Source of the DNA: Candidatus Latescibacterota bacterium
GTDB lineage: Bacteria > Latescibacterota > UBA2968
Assembly (NCBI GenBank): GCA_965208125.1
Contig: OZ242320.1
Coordinates: 5,056,001-5,120,000 of the forward strand
DNA length: 64,000 nt
Reading direction: 5' to 3'
Below the pieces are notes generated by a model. It was not told the origin of the DNA. It did no database searches and worked only from the letters and a program-made list of their open reading frames with translations. A program made the translations under genes and the position numbers. Below, piece after piece: positions 8,894 through 19,020 of the stretch (the stretch's first letter is position 1; each line of letters opens with the position of its first letter).

Positions 8894-9991
8894 ATGAATG
8901 ACCTTGCAATCTATCTCACCACAAGCCTTTGCGTTGTGTACATTACGCTGGTCGCCATTTTTGTATTTGGCCTTTTTCGCAGATCGCGGCCAGTAAATGC
9001 TCAGTGCCTATCTGTCTCCATTGTTGTGCCCGCTCGCAATGAAGCCACCAACATCGATGCATGTTTGCAGGCATTGGCCGCACAGACCTATCCTGCCGAC
9101 CATCTGGAAATTATCGTTGTAGATGACCGATCCACCGATGATACCGCCGCTCGAATTGATCAATGGACGCATCGTTTACCCAACCTGAGCCGCGTATCTG
9201 TCACACAGCAGAACTACGCTTGTCCTAAAAAAAACGCCCTGTGGCAGGGCATCAAATACGCGCGTGGAGATATTATTTTCACAACGGACGCCGATTGTCA
9301 GCCAGGTCCCAATTGGATGACCTCAAACCTCGCGCACTTTGCGCCCGATGTCGGCATGGTCATCGGTCACGCTCCCCTGCTGCAAAACGAAAAAGCTCTA
9401 TCGGGCCTGCTATCTCTCCAGGCACTCATTGTCTCAACTCTCGCAGCGGGCAGCGCGGGCATTGGCTTTCCGCTCACCTGTTCGGGGCGCAACATGGCCT
9501 ATCGCAGAAAAGCCTTTGATGAAGTCAACGGTTTTGACAACATCGGACACATTATCGGCGGCGACGACGTGTTACTCATGCGCCAATTCGCGCAAAAAAG
9601 CGCGTGGAAAATTCGGTTCAACGCAGACAGCGATGCATTTGTCCCCTCGGCATCTCACCCAGACAACCTCATCAATCGACAGGTTCGCTATCAATCCAAA
9701 ACCATTCACTACGGCATTCCCGCCTTGATTCTGGCTCTTGCGGTATATATATTCCATGTCATTCTGGCGGCATTGCCCATTTTTTTCTGGACTGACGCAG
9801 AATTATTTTATCTGCTCGGCTCTTGCCTGGGGATAAAAATAATCGCCGATGCTGTTTTTTTGCTCTTCGGCGGTATCCGGTTCAAAAGCCTGAAATTACT
9901 CCTGTGGTTTCCTGTTCTCGAAATCCTGATCATACCCTATATTGTCATCATCTGCGCGCTCGGCACATTTACACCATTCAAATGGAAATAA
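8894..9991 (+). CDS. Membrane glycosyltransferase family 2
   Basis: VPARNEA, VDDRSTD, TTDADC, GGDD, QVRY; N- and C-terminal TM helices. Confidence 0.9.
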   Translation: MNDLAIYLTTSLCVVYITLVAIFVFGLFRRSRPVNAQCLSVSIVVPARNEATNIDACLQALAAQTYPADHLEIIVVDDRSTDDTAARIDQWTHRLPNLSRVSVTQQNYACPKKNALWQGIKYARGDIIFTTDADCQPGPNWMTSNLAHFAPDVGMVIGHAPLLQNEKALSGLLSLQALIVSTLAAGSAGIGFPLTCSGRNMAYRRKAFDEVNGFDNIGHIIGGDDVLLMRQFAQKSAWKIRFNADSDAFVPSASHPDNLINRQVRYQSKTIHYGIPALILALAVYIFHVILAALPIFFWTDAELFYLLGSCLGIKIIADAVFLLFGGIRFKSLKLLLWFPVLEILIIPYIVIICALGTFTPFKWK

Positions 9992-9992
9992 T

Positions 9993-11051
9993 ATGTTATC
10001 AATCAAACTGCTACCCGAAACCTTCATGCGATACCGTCGCGCGATCACGCCCCGGCGGATATGGAATGCCTCAAAAGTGGTCGCGTCCTATGCCCTCTCC
10101 AATCTGTTTCGACGAGATATTCGCATGGGCAAACCCTTTGTGCTCATGGTCGAACCCACCAATTTATGCAACCTCAAATGTCCGCTCTGCCCCTCTGGCA
10201 ATGGCGACATGACCCGCGAGCGCGGCATTATGCCGTTTGAACACTTCAAGCATGTCTTCGAACAACAGGCCGATCATCTCCTGCTCCTCATGTTGTGGAA
10301 TCAGGGCGAACCCTTTATCAACAAGCACCTCACCGACATGATCCGATTGGCCTCCGCGCACAATGTTCCCACGCTGACCAGCACCAATGTCCATTACATC
10401 AAAAACCGGGAAACCGCCCGGGATATCGTCGATTCCGGCCTGTCCGAACTCGTGGTCTCTCTGGACGGCGTCACACCCGAAAGCTATGTCAAATACCGCG
10501 TGGGGGGTAATTTTGACCGCGTGCTCAACGGCATCCGCCTGCTCGTTCAGGCCAAACGCGATCTACAAAGTAGCCATCCCCTGATCCACCTGCAATTTAT
10601 CATCATGAAACACAACGAGCATGAAATAGAGGCTGCGCGCAAATTCGCTCGGGAATTAGGCGTGGATCGCCTTTCGCTCAAAACAGCCCAGGTTTATACC
10701 GAATCCGATGCAGAGACCTTTTTGCCTTCTGACGAGAAATTCAGCCGCTACGATTACACAGCTGACCACCTCTCGACCAAAAGCAAAATCAGCAACACCT
10801 GTCGCCACCTGTGGTACAGCACCGTCATCAATTGGGACGGCGCTGTATCGCCCTGCTGCTTTGACAAAGATGTTCACTACGGCCTCGGCGACGCCCTCAA
10901 TGAATCGGACTTCGACCAGATCTGGACCGGTCAAAAATACACGGACTTCCGCAATGCCATCCTCAAAGACCGCAAATCTGTCCCGATATGCAACAACTGC
11001 TCAGAAGGCGTAAAAGGCATGTTTTACGACATAGAAAAAGTCGAGCAATAA
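9993..11051 (+). CDS. Radical SAM protein with SPASM/twitch domain
   Basis: CNLKCPLC; QGEP; C-terminal CRHLW...DGAVSPCC...CNNC. Confidence 0.9.
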   Translation: MLSIKLLPETFMRYRRAITPRRIWNASKVVASYALSNLFRRDIRMGKPFVLMVEPTNLCNLKCPLCPSGNGDMTRERGIMPFEHFKHVFEQQADHLLLLMLWNQGEPFINKHLTDMIRLASAHNVPTLTSTNVHYIKNRETARDIVDSGLSELVVSLDGVTPESYVKYRVGGNFDRVLNGIRLLVQAKRDLQSSHPLIHLQFIIMKHNEHEIEAARKFARELGVDRLSLKTAQVYTESDAETFLPSDEKFSRYDYTADHLSTKSKISNTCRHLWYSTVINWDGAVSPCCFDKDVHYGLGDALNESDFDQIWTGQKYTDFRNAILKDRKSVPICNNCSEGVKGMFYDIEKVEQ

Positions 11052-11084
11052 GGAATTAAAAATTAAGAATGGTTTGGCGGTGTA

Positions 11085-12262
11085 ATCACTTCACATTTCT
11101 TCCATCTCACTTCACACTTCTAAATGGATATCGTCCACCACTTATTGCTGCTCTCTACAGTCCTCTACGCCCTCGTCGCGCTGTGTTTTTTTTTCGGATT
11201 ATTCCGCCTGAACAACCAGCCGCGCACTACTGAAACGCCATTTATATCCATCGTTATTGCCGCGCGCAATGAAGCGAATTATATCGGCCTGTGCCTCGAT
11301 TCCCTGAAAAAACAGACCTATCCAACCGACCGATTTGAAATCTTGATCGTTGACGACGACTCGACAGATAAGACATCCCAAATAGTCGCCTCCACGCCCC
11401 TGGACAATCTCCACCTTTTGTCTGTGGATAACAGCTTTCCAGAAATGACGGCAAAGAAACGCCCGATGTCCGTTGGTATTCACCGTGCGCGGGGCGAATG
11501 GATTCTCACCACCGATGCCGACTGCACAGTGCCACCTACCTGGATTGCCAGCATGGCGTCTTATATGGCGGCTGATATCGGCATTGTCATTGGATTTTCT
11601 CAACTTACATCGCGCTCATTTTTCGACCAATTGCAGGCTTATGATTTTCTCACCCTCATGGCCGCTGCAGCCGGTGCCGTTGGGATGGGCATGCCCCTTG
11701 CTACTTCGGGACAAAATTTCGCCTATCGCAAATGTCTTTTTGAAAAAGTCGGCGGTTTCCGCGACATCGCACACCGCCCGTCTGGCGACGACGTGCTATT
11801 GCTCCAGTTGCTGCGCCGGGCATGGGATGGACGCATCGCGTTCGCCGCTGATCCCGGCGCTTATGCAACCACCCATCGCCCCGAAACACCGTCATCGCTG
11901 TGGCAGCAACGCAAGCGGTGGGCATCTAACGCCGCGTATCAACTGCGTCTCAATCCCGTTTTTTTTTCTTATATTGCAGTGGTATTTTTGATCAACGCGC
12001 TCATTCCTGCTGCTTTTCTCATCTCAATAACAGACGGCACATACACACTACCCCTGATTTGCTGGGGCGCAAAAATACTTGTAGATCTGCTCGTAGCGGG
12101 AAAAGGCGTTCATATCTTCAAGCGTGCGGATCTACTCATCATGTTTCCATTCTGGGAGATCGTGCAAATCCCCTACACCATTCTCATCGGCCTCGCGGGA
12201 ACCCTGCGTGGATTTACGTGGAAAGACCGAGATCATTGAAGTATGAAGTGTGAAGTGTGAAA
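11085..12262. repeat. Heptamer-type repeats (CACTTCA/TGAAGTG) in inverted orientation flanking the second GT2 gene
   Basis: CACTTCACACTTC at 11108-11120 and its reverse complement GAAGTGTGAAGTG at 12245-12257, each with adjacent degenerate units. Confidence 0.6.
11124..12239 (+). CDS. Membrane glycosyltransferase family 2 (paralog of 8894..9991)
   Basis: IAARNEA, VDDDSTD, TTDADC, SGDD, QRKRW. Confidence 0.9.
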   Translation: MDIVHHLLLLSTVLYALVALCFFFGLFRLNNQPRTTETPFISIVIAARNEANYIGLCLDSLKKQTYPTDRFEILIVDDDSTDKTSQIVASTPLDNLHLLSVDNSFPEMTAKKRPMSVGIHRARGEWILTTDADCTVPPTWIASMASYMAADIGIVIGFSQLTSRSFFDQLQAYDFLTLMAAAAGAVGMGMPLATSGQNFAYRKCLFEKVGGFRDIAHRPSGDDVLLLQLLRRAWDGRIAFAADPGAYATTHRPETPSSLWQQRKRWASNAAYQLRLNPVFFSYIAVVFLINALIPAAFLISITDGTYTLPLICWGAKILVDLLVAGKGVHIFKRADLLIMFPFWEIVQIPYTILIGLAGTLRGFTWKDRDH

Positions 12263-12312
12263 CGGTTTACAACTGGTTGCTGCCCAAAGACCATTGCCCT
12301 ATGAGGTGCCCT

Positions 12313-13443
12313 ATGATCACCAAAACCCTGTTCTGCCTCCTCAGCTTGCTGATCGCAATGCCATCTTATGCACAGCGTCCGCGTGCTCGGGATCTCGGCA
12401 TTCAGATTGGCACATTGCCCACGGGCACATACAACGCCATTACCGATGTTAAAGGCGTTCTCGTCGGTCACGTCACATTAATCGAAGGGAGTGGCGAACT
12501 TGTCGTGGGCAAAGGTCCCGTGCGAACGGGTGTCACAGCCATTGTCCCGCACGGCGAGGACATCTTCAGAAATAATATATTCGCCGCGGCCGAAGCCCTC
12601 AATGGCAATGGAGAAATGACGGGCATGGCATGGATTAACGAACGCGGACAACTCGAAGTGCCCGTTGTACTTACAAATACGCTCTCCGTGGGCGAAGGCT
12701 ATAGTGGCGTGGTCGCATACATGCTCAAACAAGGCGCAGGAAGGGTTCCCCTGCCCGTAGTCGCCGAATGTTATGACGGCGGTCTCAACGATATTGCCGG
12801 ACGACACGTCACAGTCGATCACGTTGTCGAAGCCATTGAAACCGCCACAGGTGGCGCAGTGCCCGAAGGCTCTGTTGGCGCGGGCACGGGAATGCGCGCA
12901 TATCGGTTTAAAGCAGGCATCGGCACAGCCTCGCGCATTGTCCCAGATGGACATACCGTAGGTGTGCTCGTCAATGCCAACTGTGGACGCAGGCCGGAAC
13001 TCCTCATTGCTGGCGTTCCCGTAGGACGCGAATTGCCCGTTCAGGCCTCCCCAACGCGCGATGGTTCGATCATTGTGGTCATAGCCACCGACGCGCCCCT
13101 CGTGCCACATCAATTGCGCCGCCTCTGCAAACGCGCCGCCATAGGCATTGGCCGCACGGGCACAGTTTCCCGCACCAGCAGCGGAGATTTTGCCATTGCC
13201 TTTTCAACCGCCTATCGCCTACCTCGTACCCGCGCTGACCGCGATACAATTACCACCCTGCGCGATGGTCGGCTAACCGCTATCTTCCAGGCCACTATTG
13301 AAGCAACTGAAGAAGCCATTGTCAACGCCATGTGCGTAGCAGAACCCATGACGGGCCGAGACAATCGCACAATGCCCGCTTTGCCGCATGACAAATTGAT
13401 TGAGGTAATGAAAAAATACGGTCGGAGATACATTCAAGAATAG
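12313..13443 (+). CDS. Peptidase S58 (DmpA-family, L-aminopeptidase/D-esterase), secreted
   Basis: NAITDVKGVLVGH, VRTGVTAI, PVVAECYDG, EGSVGAGTG, autoproteolytic G-SIIVVIATDAP. Confidence 0.88.
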   Translation: MITKTLFCLLSLLIAMPSYAQRPRARDLGIQIGTLPTGTYNAITDVKGVLVGHVTLIEGSGELVVGKGPVRTGVTAIVPHGEDIFRNNIFAAAEALNGNGEMTGMAWINERGQLEVPVVLTNTLSVGEGYSGVVAYMLKQGAGRVPLPVVAECYDGGLNDIAGRHVTVDHVVEAIETATGGAVPEGSVGAGTGMRAYRFKAGIGTASRIVPDGHTVGVLVNANCGRRPELLIAGVPVGRELPVQASPTRDGSIIVVIATDAPLVPHQLRRLCKRAAIGIGRTGTVSRTSSGDFAIAFSTAYRLPRTRADRDTITTLRDGRLTAIFQATIEATEEAIVNAMCVAEPMTGRDNRTMPALPHDKLIEVMKKYGRRYIQE

Positions 13444-14283
13444 TTATTGATGCGTGAGGCGCCGAATGACAAATCCCCTTTCCTCGTCGGCAATATTCTC
13501 GTGGTAATCTACGAAGAACTGTTCCGGATAGCCGAACTCCTTGTTGTACGTGACATCGATGCGGGCTGCGTTCTCGTCTATCGCGGTCTGCAATAGGACG
13601 AACAGAGCCTTGATCGGTAAGAACCGCTCTGGCTCGGGAATATTGAGCACGGCCGGATCGGCGGAGGCGACGCTTGCGACTGCACCGCCGCTCACGGTTA
13701 CCTCCGCGTCAACGGTATATTCTATCGGACAGAAGCAATTCCACGCGCCCGTATAGACGTAGTTCGCAACGCGTCTTCGCTCCCAACGACCCTGATGACG
13801 GAGCAAGTCCGCCTGCAGGGAGCCGGGATCGCGCACGAGAAGGACGTCCTCGAAGATCGGTATGTCGATCTCCCTACCGCCAGCGGTGATACCGGTTACA
13901 GTGCGGGCGTACCTGCCCTCAGGCAAATCTACGTCAATCAGCGGCAGATTGACGATTCTGTGGAAAGACACGGGCAGTATGCGCGTTGGATCAGGCAGAT
14001 CCACAACCACTGTCTGCGAACCCCCGTTGCCGATTAGCTGGACGCGCACTGCGATAATGGTCCCGTCAAACTCGCAACTGCCAGTGTTGATGGCGTCAAC
14101 CGATGTGGGTACGGCATCTTTGCCAATCACCGCCATGAGGTAGTCGTCCGAGTAAGCCTCTGTAACCCCGCACGCCACTTCCGAGGCATCCGGGAAAGTA
14201 GGCGATGGATCGATGCTACAGGCAACCGTGAGCCCGAGAACCAATAGCGCACCGGATCTTGCAATATGTCGTCTGATGTTCAT
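13444..14283 (-). CDS. Lipoprotein with C-terminal DUF6174-like domain
   Basis: Lipobox TVAC; CFC motif; FGYPEQFFVDY...ADEE. Confidence 0.6.
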   Translation of the reverse strand: MNIRRHIARSGALLVLGLTVACSIDPSPTFPDASEVACGVTEAYSDDYLMAVIGKDAVPTSVDAINTGSCEFDGTIIAVRVQLIGNGGSQTVVVDLPDPTRILPVSFHRIVNLPLIDVDLPEGRYARTVTGITAGGREIDIPIFEDVLLVRDPGSLQADLLRHQGRWERRRVANYVYTGAWNCFCPIEYTVDAEVTVSGGAVASVASADPAVLNIPEPERFLPIKALFVLLQTAIDENAARIDVTYNKEFGYPEQFFVDYHENIADEERGFVIRRLTHQ

Positions 14284-14392
14284 TCATCCCCCTCCGATGA
14301 TAATTTTACCATTCGCTGTCTATAAAACGCGCAGAGAGCCTCGATAGTTCCTCGCTATACGCATCCGATAGAGGCGTTTATAGCAATAGGTG

Positions 14393-14421
14393 TTGACAGA
14401 CGCCAGACAGGGTGCGATACT
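14393..14421 (+). promoter_or_regulatory. Sigma-70-type promoter of the SSS transporter gene
   Basis: TTGACA-17 nt-GATACT. Confidence 0.5.
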
Positions 14422-14468
14422 TCTCGCGTATCGATAAGTTCGAATATACACATCCCGGAGGACCAGAT

Positions 14469-15944
14469 ATGTCTCAAATGCCCGTCATCATTGGCCTTTG
14501 CGCCTATGTTTTTCTCACCTTATTGGTCGGTGTCTATGCCGGCAGGCGCGTCAAAGATTCCGCTGATTTTGTCGTTGCTGGCCGGCGTCTGGGCATCTTG
14601 CTGGCCACGGGTACCCTTGCCGCCACCTGGTTTGGCACGGGCACTGTGCTCGGCGCAGCAGGCGCGGCTTACAAAGGTGGCTTTTTAGCCATTATAGCCG
14701 ATCCCTTTGGCGCAGCCCTGTGTCTATTTCTCGCGGGCCTTTTTTACGTACGGATGATGCGACGAATGGGTGTTTCTACCATTGCCGAGTTTTTTGAACG
14801 GAGATTTGGCAAAACAGCCGGTGTGGTAGCCGCTGCGTGTACGATTCCGGCCTATCTGGGCTGGGTTGCATCGCTGATGGTGGGATTTGGGAAAATTATC
14901 CACGCGCTCACGGGATTGGATGCGGTATTAGGCACCTGTCTGGGCGCTGCTATTGTGCTGATCTATACAACTGTAGGCGGCATGTGGGCGGTAACACTGA
15001 CAGACTTTATCCAGGTGGCTGTCTTAACCCTTGGACTGATCTTTATGACGCCCGTTCTTCTGAGCGACATGGGGGGATGGGCCGCCATACGAGCGCAACT
15101 GCCCGATGACCAATTTTATCTCTATCCCCGCGATGCAGACATGACCACCTGGTTTAATTATGCGCGCGCCTGGTTGGTAATTGGCCTGGGCAATCTCGCA
15201 GGGCAGGACCTTTTGCAACGCAGCCTATCCAGCCGAAACGAATCCGTCGCCCAGAACAGTGCGTATCTCTCTGGTATTATTTACCTGACCGTTGGCCTCT
15301 TGCCCGTTTTCCTGGGCATTGCGGCTACCCTCACATTTCCCAATCTGGCCGACCCCGAGCAGGTGATGATGAAACTCGCTGAAACCTATCTCCCCCCACT
15401 CGGCATGGCCGTTTTTATCGGTGCTTTGATCTCCGCACTGATGAGCAGTGCCGACAGTGCCTTGCTCGCCCCTGCCAGCGTGATTGGCAACGATCTGATT
15501 CGCTACTTGCGCCCCGATATAGACGCGAGAACCCAACTGCGCCTGTGCCGCTTGAGTGTCCCCATCCTCGGCGTCATCGCGCTTTATCTCGCCCTTTCAC
15601 ACGACACGGTTTACACGCTGATGGTCGATTCCTGGTCCATCTTACTGGCGACCCTCTTTGTCCCTCTCACAGCGGGTATCTGGTGGCGCAACGCCAATCG
15701 CTCTGGCGCGCTCTGGTCGATGATTTCAGGTGCTATCGCCTATCTCATCCTGCTCCAAATCGCGCCCGATCACCCCGCCGACCTCCTCGCAGTACCCATC
15801 GGCTTTCTCGCACTTGTCATCATAACCAAAGCGACCACAAAAACAGATCCACCCTTGCCTCTGAGCGATACGTCAGGAGTTCCCCTCCCCTATGAAAATC
15901 GCCTGGGTGCTCTAAACCCACTTCGAGGTTCATCCGATGAGTAA
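14469..15944 (+). CDS. Sodium:solute symporter (SSS family)
   Basis: DFVVAGRRL, ATWFG, YTTVGGMWAVTLTDFIQ, SALMSSADS; GGAGG RBS. Confidence 0.9.
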   Translation: MSQMPVIIGLCAYVFLTLLVGVYAGRRVKDSADFVVAGRRLGILLATGTLAATWFGTGTVLGAAGAAYKGGFLAIIADPFGAALCLFLAGLFYVRMMRRMGVSTIAEFFERRFGKTAGVVAAACTIPAYLGWVASLMVGFGKIIHALTGLDAVLGTCLGAAIVLIYTTVGGMWAVTLTDFIQVAVLTLGLIFMTPVLLSDMGGWAAIRAQLPDDQFYLYPRDADMTTWFNYARAWLVIGLGNLAGQDLLQRSLSSRNESVAQNSAYLSGIIYLTVGLLPVFLGIAATLTFPNLADPEQVMMKLAETYLPPLGMAVFIGALISALMSSADSALLAPASVIGNDLIRYLRPDIDARTQLRLCRLSVPILGVIALYLALSHDTVYTLMVDSWSILLATLFVPLTAGIWWRNANRSGALWSMISGAIAYLILLQIAPDHPADLLAVPIGFLALVIITKATTKTDPPLPLSDTSGVPLPYENRLGALNPLRGSSDE

Positions 15945-15989
15945 ATTCACGGTTGCAAAAACGGAGTTGCTTCTGAAAAGAGATAACTT

Positions 15990-16934
15990 ATGCACAATAA
16001 CTTGTTTTCTACTTATCGCCAAGGCGAGAACCGCGTCACCGCTACATTCTTAGCTGTCCTTCAACGGTTGAGCTTACCCAACATAGACCGAATTCTTGGA
16101 ACACTTATTGGGGATACTGCTTTCAGTCTTGTCTCTTTCGAGAATCAGCCAAGAAGAGAGAGGTCGACACCTGACGCCAGAATTAGGACGGGATCTGCTA
16201 TCTGGATTGAGACCAAGACAGCCTCTAACGCGGTACGATCCGAACAGATCAGAAGACATTTGGAAAGTCTCAAAGATGGCGAACGCCTATTATTGCTGAC
16301 GCCAGACGACGATCAGCCAAAAGATATCGAAAATGGGGTTATCTGGTCGAACTTCAGAACTCTGATCACAGCTATTGAAGAAATCCTCGAGGATGAAAGT
16401 GAGCCTCCTTCCGAGAAAGAGGCATTTCTCCTGAGGGAGTTCATATTGATGATCCAAGAAGACGGACTTACAGGCTCTAACGAATCCAGAGTCCTCGTGG
16501 TCGCCGCCAGAGAGGCGTGGCCGGTATACAAGAAACTTAATGCATATATATGCCAGTCTAACCGTGGTTTCCAGCCTTCCGGACATCTGGCATTCTACGC
16601 AGAAGGCGCAGTCCAGCCACTTGTGCCCAAGATCAAGGCGGTAGTTGAATCGGTAAATCTAACGCGAGAAGGAATCGAATCTCTTGAGGGCGATCAGAAA
16701 GACCTTGCAGAAGAATTGCTGACACAGATTGAGAAGCTTCACTATAGCTGGCAGACTCAAAAAGTTATGTTTCTGAGCGAGCCTGATGATGATGAGACAG
16801 TAAAGCTGAAACAGAAGATTATCAATGACCAGAAAGATAAGAGTGGAAAGAATGTCGCGTTTGTAATGGGCCAGAGATACGTGACCTTAGAGTCACTTAA
16901 AACGGCAAGCAAGACCAGTGAATTAAAGCAGTGA
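15990..16934 (+). CDS. Hypothetical protein with N-terminal PD-(D/E)xK nuclease-like domain
   Basis: ENRVT...TPDARI...IWIETK...QIRRH. Confidence 0.6.
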   Translation: MHNNLFSTYRQGENRVTATFLAVLQRLSLPNIDRILGTLIGDTAFSLVSFENQPRRERSTPDARIRTGSAIWIETKTASNAVRSEQIRRHLESLKDGERLLLLTPDDDQPKDIENGVIWSNFRTLITAIEEILEDESEPPSEKEAFLLREFILMIQEDGLTGSNESRVLVVAAREAWPVYKKLNAYICQSNRGFQPSGHLAFYAEGAVQPLVPKIKAVVESVNLTREGIESLEGDQKDLAEELLTQIEKLHYSWQTQKVMFLSEPDDDETVKLKQKIINDQKDKSGKNVAFVMGQRYVTLESLKTASKTSELKQ

Positions 16935-17074
16935 GAATAGTGAATTTTAAAAAAATCTTGACAGAACAATCAGGTTGCCCTTTTTATTTATCCATGGCTG
17001 AGAAATGCCACCGCAGATCTTTTTGTTCACAGAGACTACAAAAAAGGAATAACGCCACTGGGAGGTGATTCTTT

Positions 17075-17779
17075 ATGAACAACGAAAAATTTGATGCGCG
17101 CTTCGCACCTGCTTATGGTGTCTCAGAAGCGGCTCGCTATCTAAATATTCCACCTTCTACGCTCAGGTCCTGGATATCAGGAGTACAGTATCGTTCAGAT
17201 CGAAGCAACTTTGAACCTGTTATTAGTGTACCACCAGCAGAAATCGTGCAACTATCCTTTGTCAACTTAGTGGAGGCCTATGTCCTGGTGGCACTTCGCA
17301 GAGTCCACAAGGTGCGTTTGCAGGATATCCGGGTGGCACTGGATACACTTGAAAAACAGTTTCCTGAGCAACCTCACCCTCTGGCTTTTGAGACTTTCGC
17401 AACGGATGGAAAAGATCTGTTCTTAGAACATATCGGGCAGCTTATCAATCTCTCCAAGCGCGGACAACTGGAAATGGAAGAGGTCATTGACATGTATCTT
17501 CATCGTATTGAGTATGATACAAGTGGACCCGTTATCTTGTATCCCTTTACACGAGGCTCATTCCAGGAAGATGATCAACCGAAAGCCGTCTTGATGAATC
17601 CTTATATTTCTTTTGGCCGTCCTGTGCTTGCGGGAAGAGGTGTGCCGACCGAATTGGTCTTTGAGCGGTTCAACGCAGGTGAGTTAATGGGCACACTGGC
17701 TGAAGATTATGGCCGTAAGAGATGGGAGATTGAAGAGGTTATCAGGTATGAGTCAGCCAGAAGCAGAAAAGCAGCTTGA
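17075..17779 (+). CDS. DUF433 antitoxin with N-terminal HTH (VapB45-like)
   Basis: YGVSEAARYLNIPPSTLRSW, LSFVNLVE, PYISFGRPVL...AGE...LAEDY. Confidence 0.85.
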   Translation: MNNEKFDARFAPAYGVSEAARYLNIPPSTLRSWISGVQYRSDRSNFEPVISVPPAEIVQLSFVNLVEAYVLVALRRVHKVRLQDIRVALDTLEKQFPEQPHPLAFETFATDGKDLFLEHIGQLINLSKRGQLEMEEVIDMYLHRIEYDTSGPVILYPFTRGSFQEDDQPKAVLMNPYISFGRPVLAGRGVPTELVFERFNAGELMGTLAEDYGRKRWEIEEVIRYESARSRKAA

Positions 17780-18197
17780 CCTTCCACCCATTTTTGTAGA
17801 TCGCGCTCTTGACAGTCCTCTTTTTGTTGATCCATTGCGGATAGCACAGGTCATAATTGGGCATCTCACAGGGTTCCTGGAGGTCCACGCGCACAATGAC
17901 CTTTTCGATCCGGATACGCCCGATGAAACATGGATCAGGCATTGCGGACAAAACGGATGGATTGTATTTACAAAGGATAGCAGGATCAGATATCGGCAAA
18001 TGGAGAGACAGGCTGTTCAAACATATAACGCACGGCTTTTTAACTTAGCAACGCGCAAGAATATGACAGCTGAGGAAAATGCCCAAGCGTTTATTAAGGC
18101 GATTCCGCGAATTGCTCAATTCGTAAGGCGACATAAGCCACCTTTTATCGCAAAAGTCTCCCGATACGGCCAAGTTGAAATGGTTCTCAATCTGTAA
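17748..18197 (+). CDS. PIN-like toxin (VapC45-like)
   Basis: IFVDRAL, TPDETWI, GWIVFTKDSRIRY...E; overlaps the DUF433 gene. Confidence 0.82.
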   Translation: MSQPEAEKQLDLPPIFVDRALDSPLFVDPLRIAQVIIGHLTGFLEVHAHNDLFDPDTPDETWIRHCGQNGWIVFTKDSRIRYRQMERQAVQTYNARLFNLATRKNMTAEENAQAFIKAIPRIAQFVRRHKPPFIAKVSRYGQVEMVLNL

Positions 18198-18203
18198 AAG
18201 TCA

Positions 18204-18248
18204 AAAAGCGCAGTTCCTTTGCAAAGGAACTGCGCCTATTTTATTTAT
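18204..18248. terminator. Bidirectional intrinsic terminator
   Basis: Perfect stem GCGCAGTTCCTTT/AAAGGAACTGCGC between convergent genes. Confidence 0.8.
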
Positions 18249-18261
18249 ATGCGAGCAAACA

Positions 18262-19020
18262 TCACCCAGTCCGAACGCGATTGATCTTACTCGCTGCGAC
18301 ACCAGCACCAAATCCATTGTCGATATTGACCACCGTCACGCCCGACGCGCAACTGTTCAACATGCCCAGCAATGCTGCCAATCCCTTAAAACTCGCCCCA
18401 TATCCCACGCTGGTCGGCACGGCAATAAGCGGTACATTGACCAGACCGCCAACCACACTGGGCAGCGCTCCTTCCATACCGGCCACCACAATAATCACAC
18501 TCGCATCCAATAGACGGTCCTTGCACGCCAGCAAACGGTGAATTCCGGCAACCCCCACATCGTAAAGTGTTTCGACTTCATTGCCCATCACCCGCGCGGT
18601 TTCCACGGCTTCTTCTGCCACGGGCAAATCAGATGTCCCCGCAGACACAACCAGAATTTTACCCACAGTTTCCGCAGCGGGGATCTCTCCTGCAACTACC
18701 ACTGTGCGAGCGAGCGCATTGACATTTGCTTCGGGATATTTTGCGACCAGAGCGTCCCGCATCTCTGCATTTGTCCGCGTCGCCAGCAGTGTCGCACCCG
18801 ATGACACAATGCGATCTGCTATAGCGGTCACTTGTTCGACTGTCTTTCCCTCACAAAAAATAACTTCGGGAAACCCTTGTCTCAGTGTGCGATGGTGGTC
18901 AATGCGCGCAAAACCAAGCTCTTCAAAAGGCAGGTGTGCGAGGTGTGCAAACGCCTCATCCACATCCGTTTGCCCCTGTGCAACAGCCTCTAACAACGCG
19001 CGTATGCGTTCAGGTGTCAC
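18262..19020 (-). CDS. larB: Nickel-pincer cofactor biosynthesis protein LarB
   Basis: [57 protein letters not shown]. Confidence 0.92.
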   Translation of the reverse strand: MTPERIRALLEAVAQGQTDVDEAFAHLAHLPFEELGFARIDHHRTLRQGFPEVIFCEGKTVEQVTAIADRIVSSGATLLATRTNAEMRDALVAKYPEANVNALARTVVVAGEIPAAETVGKILVVSAGTSDLPVAEEAVETARVMGNEVETLYDVGVAGIHRLLACKDRLLDASVIIVVAGMEGALPSVVGGLVNVPLIAVPTSVGYGASFKGLAALLGMLNSCASGVTVVNIDNGFGAGVAASKINRVRTG

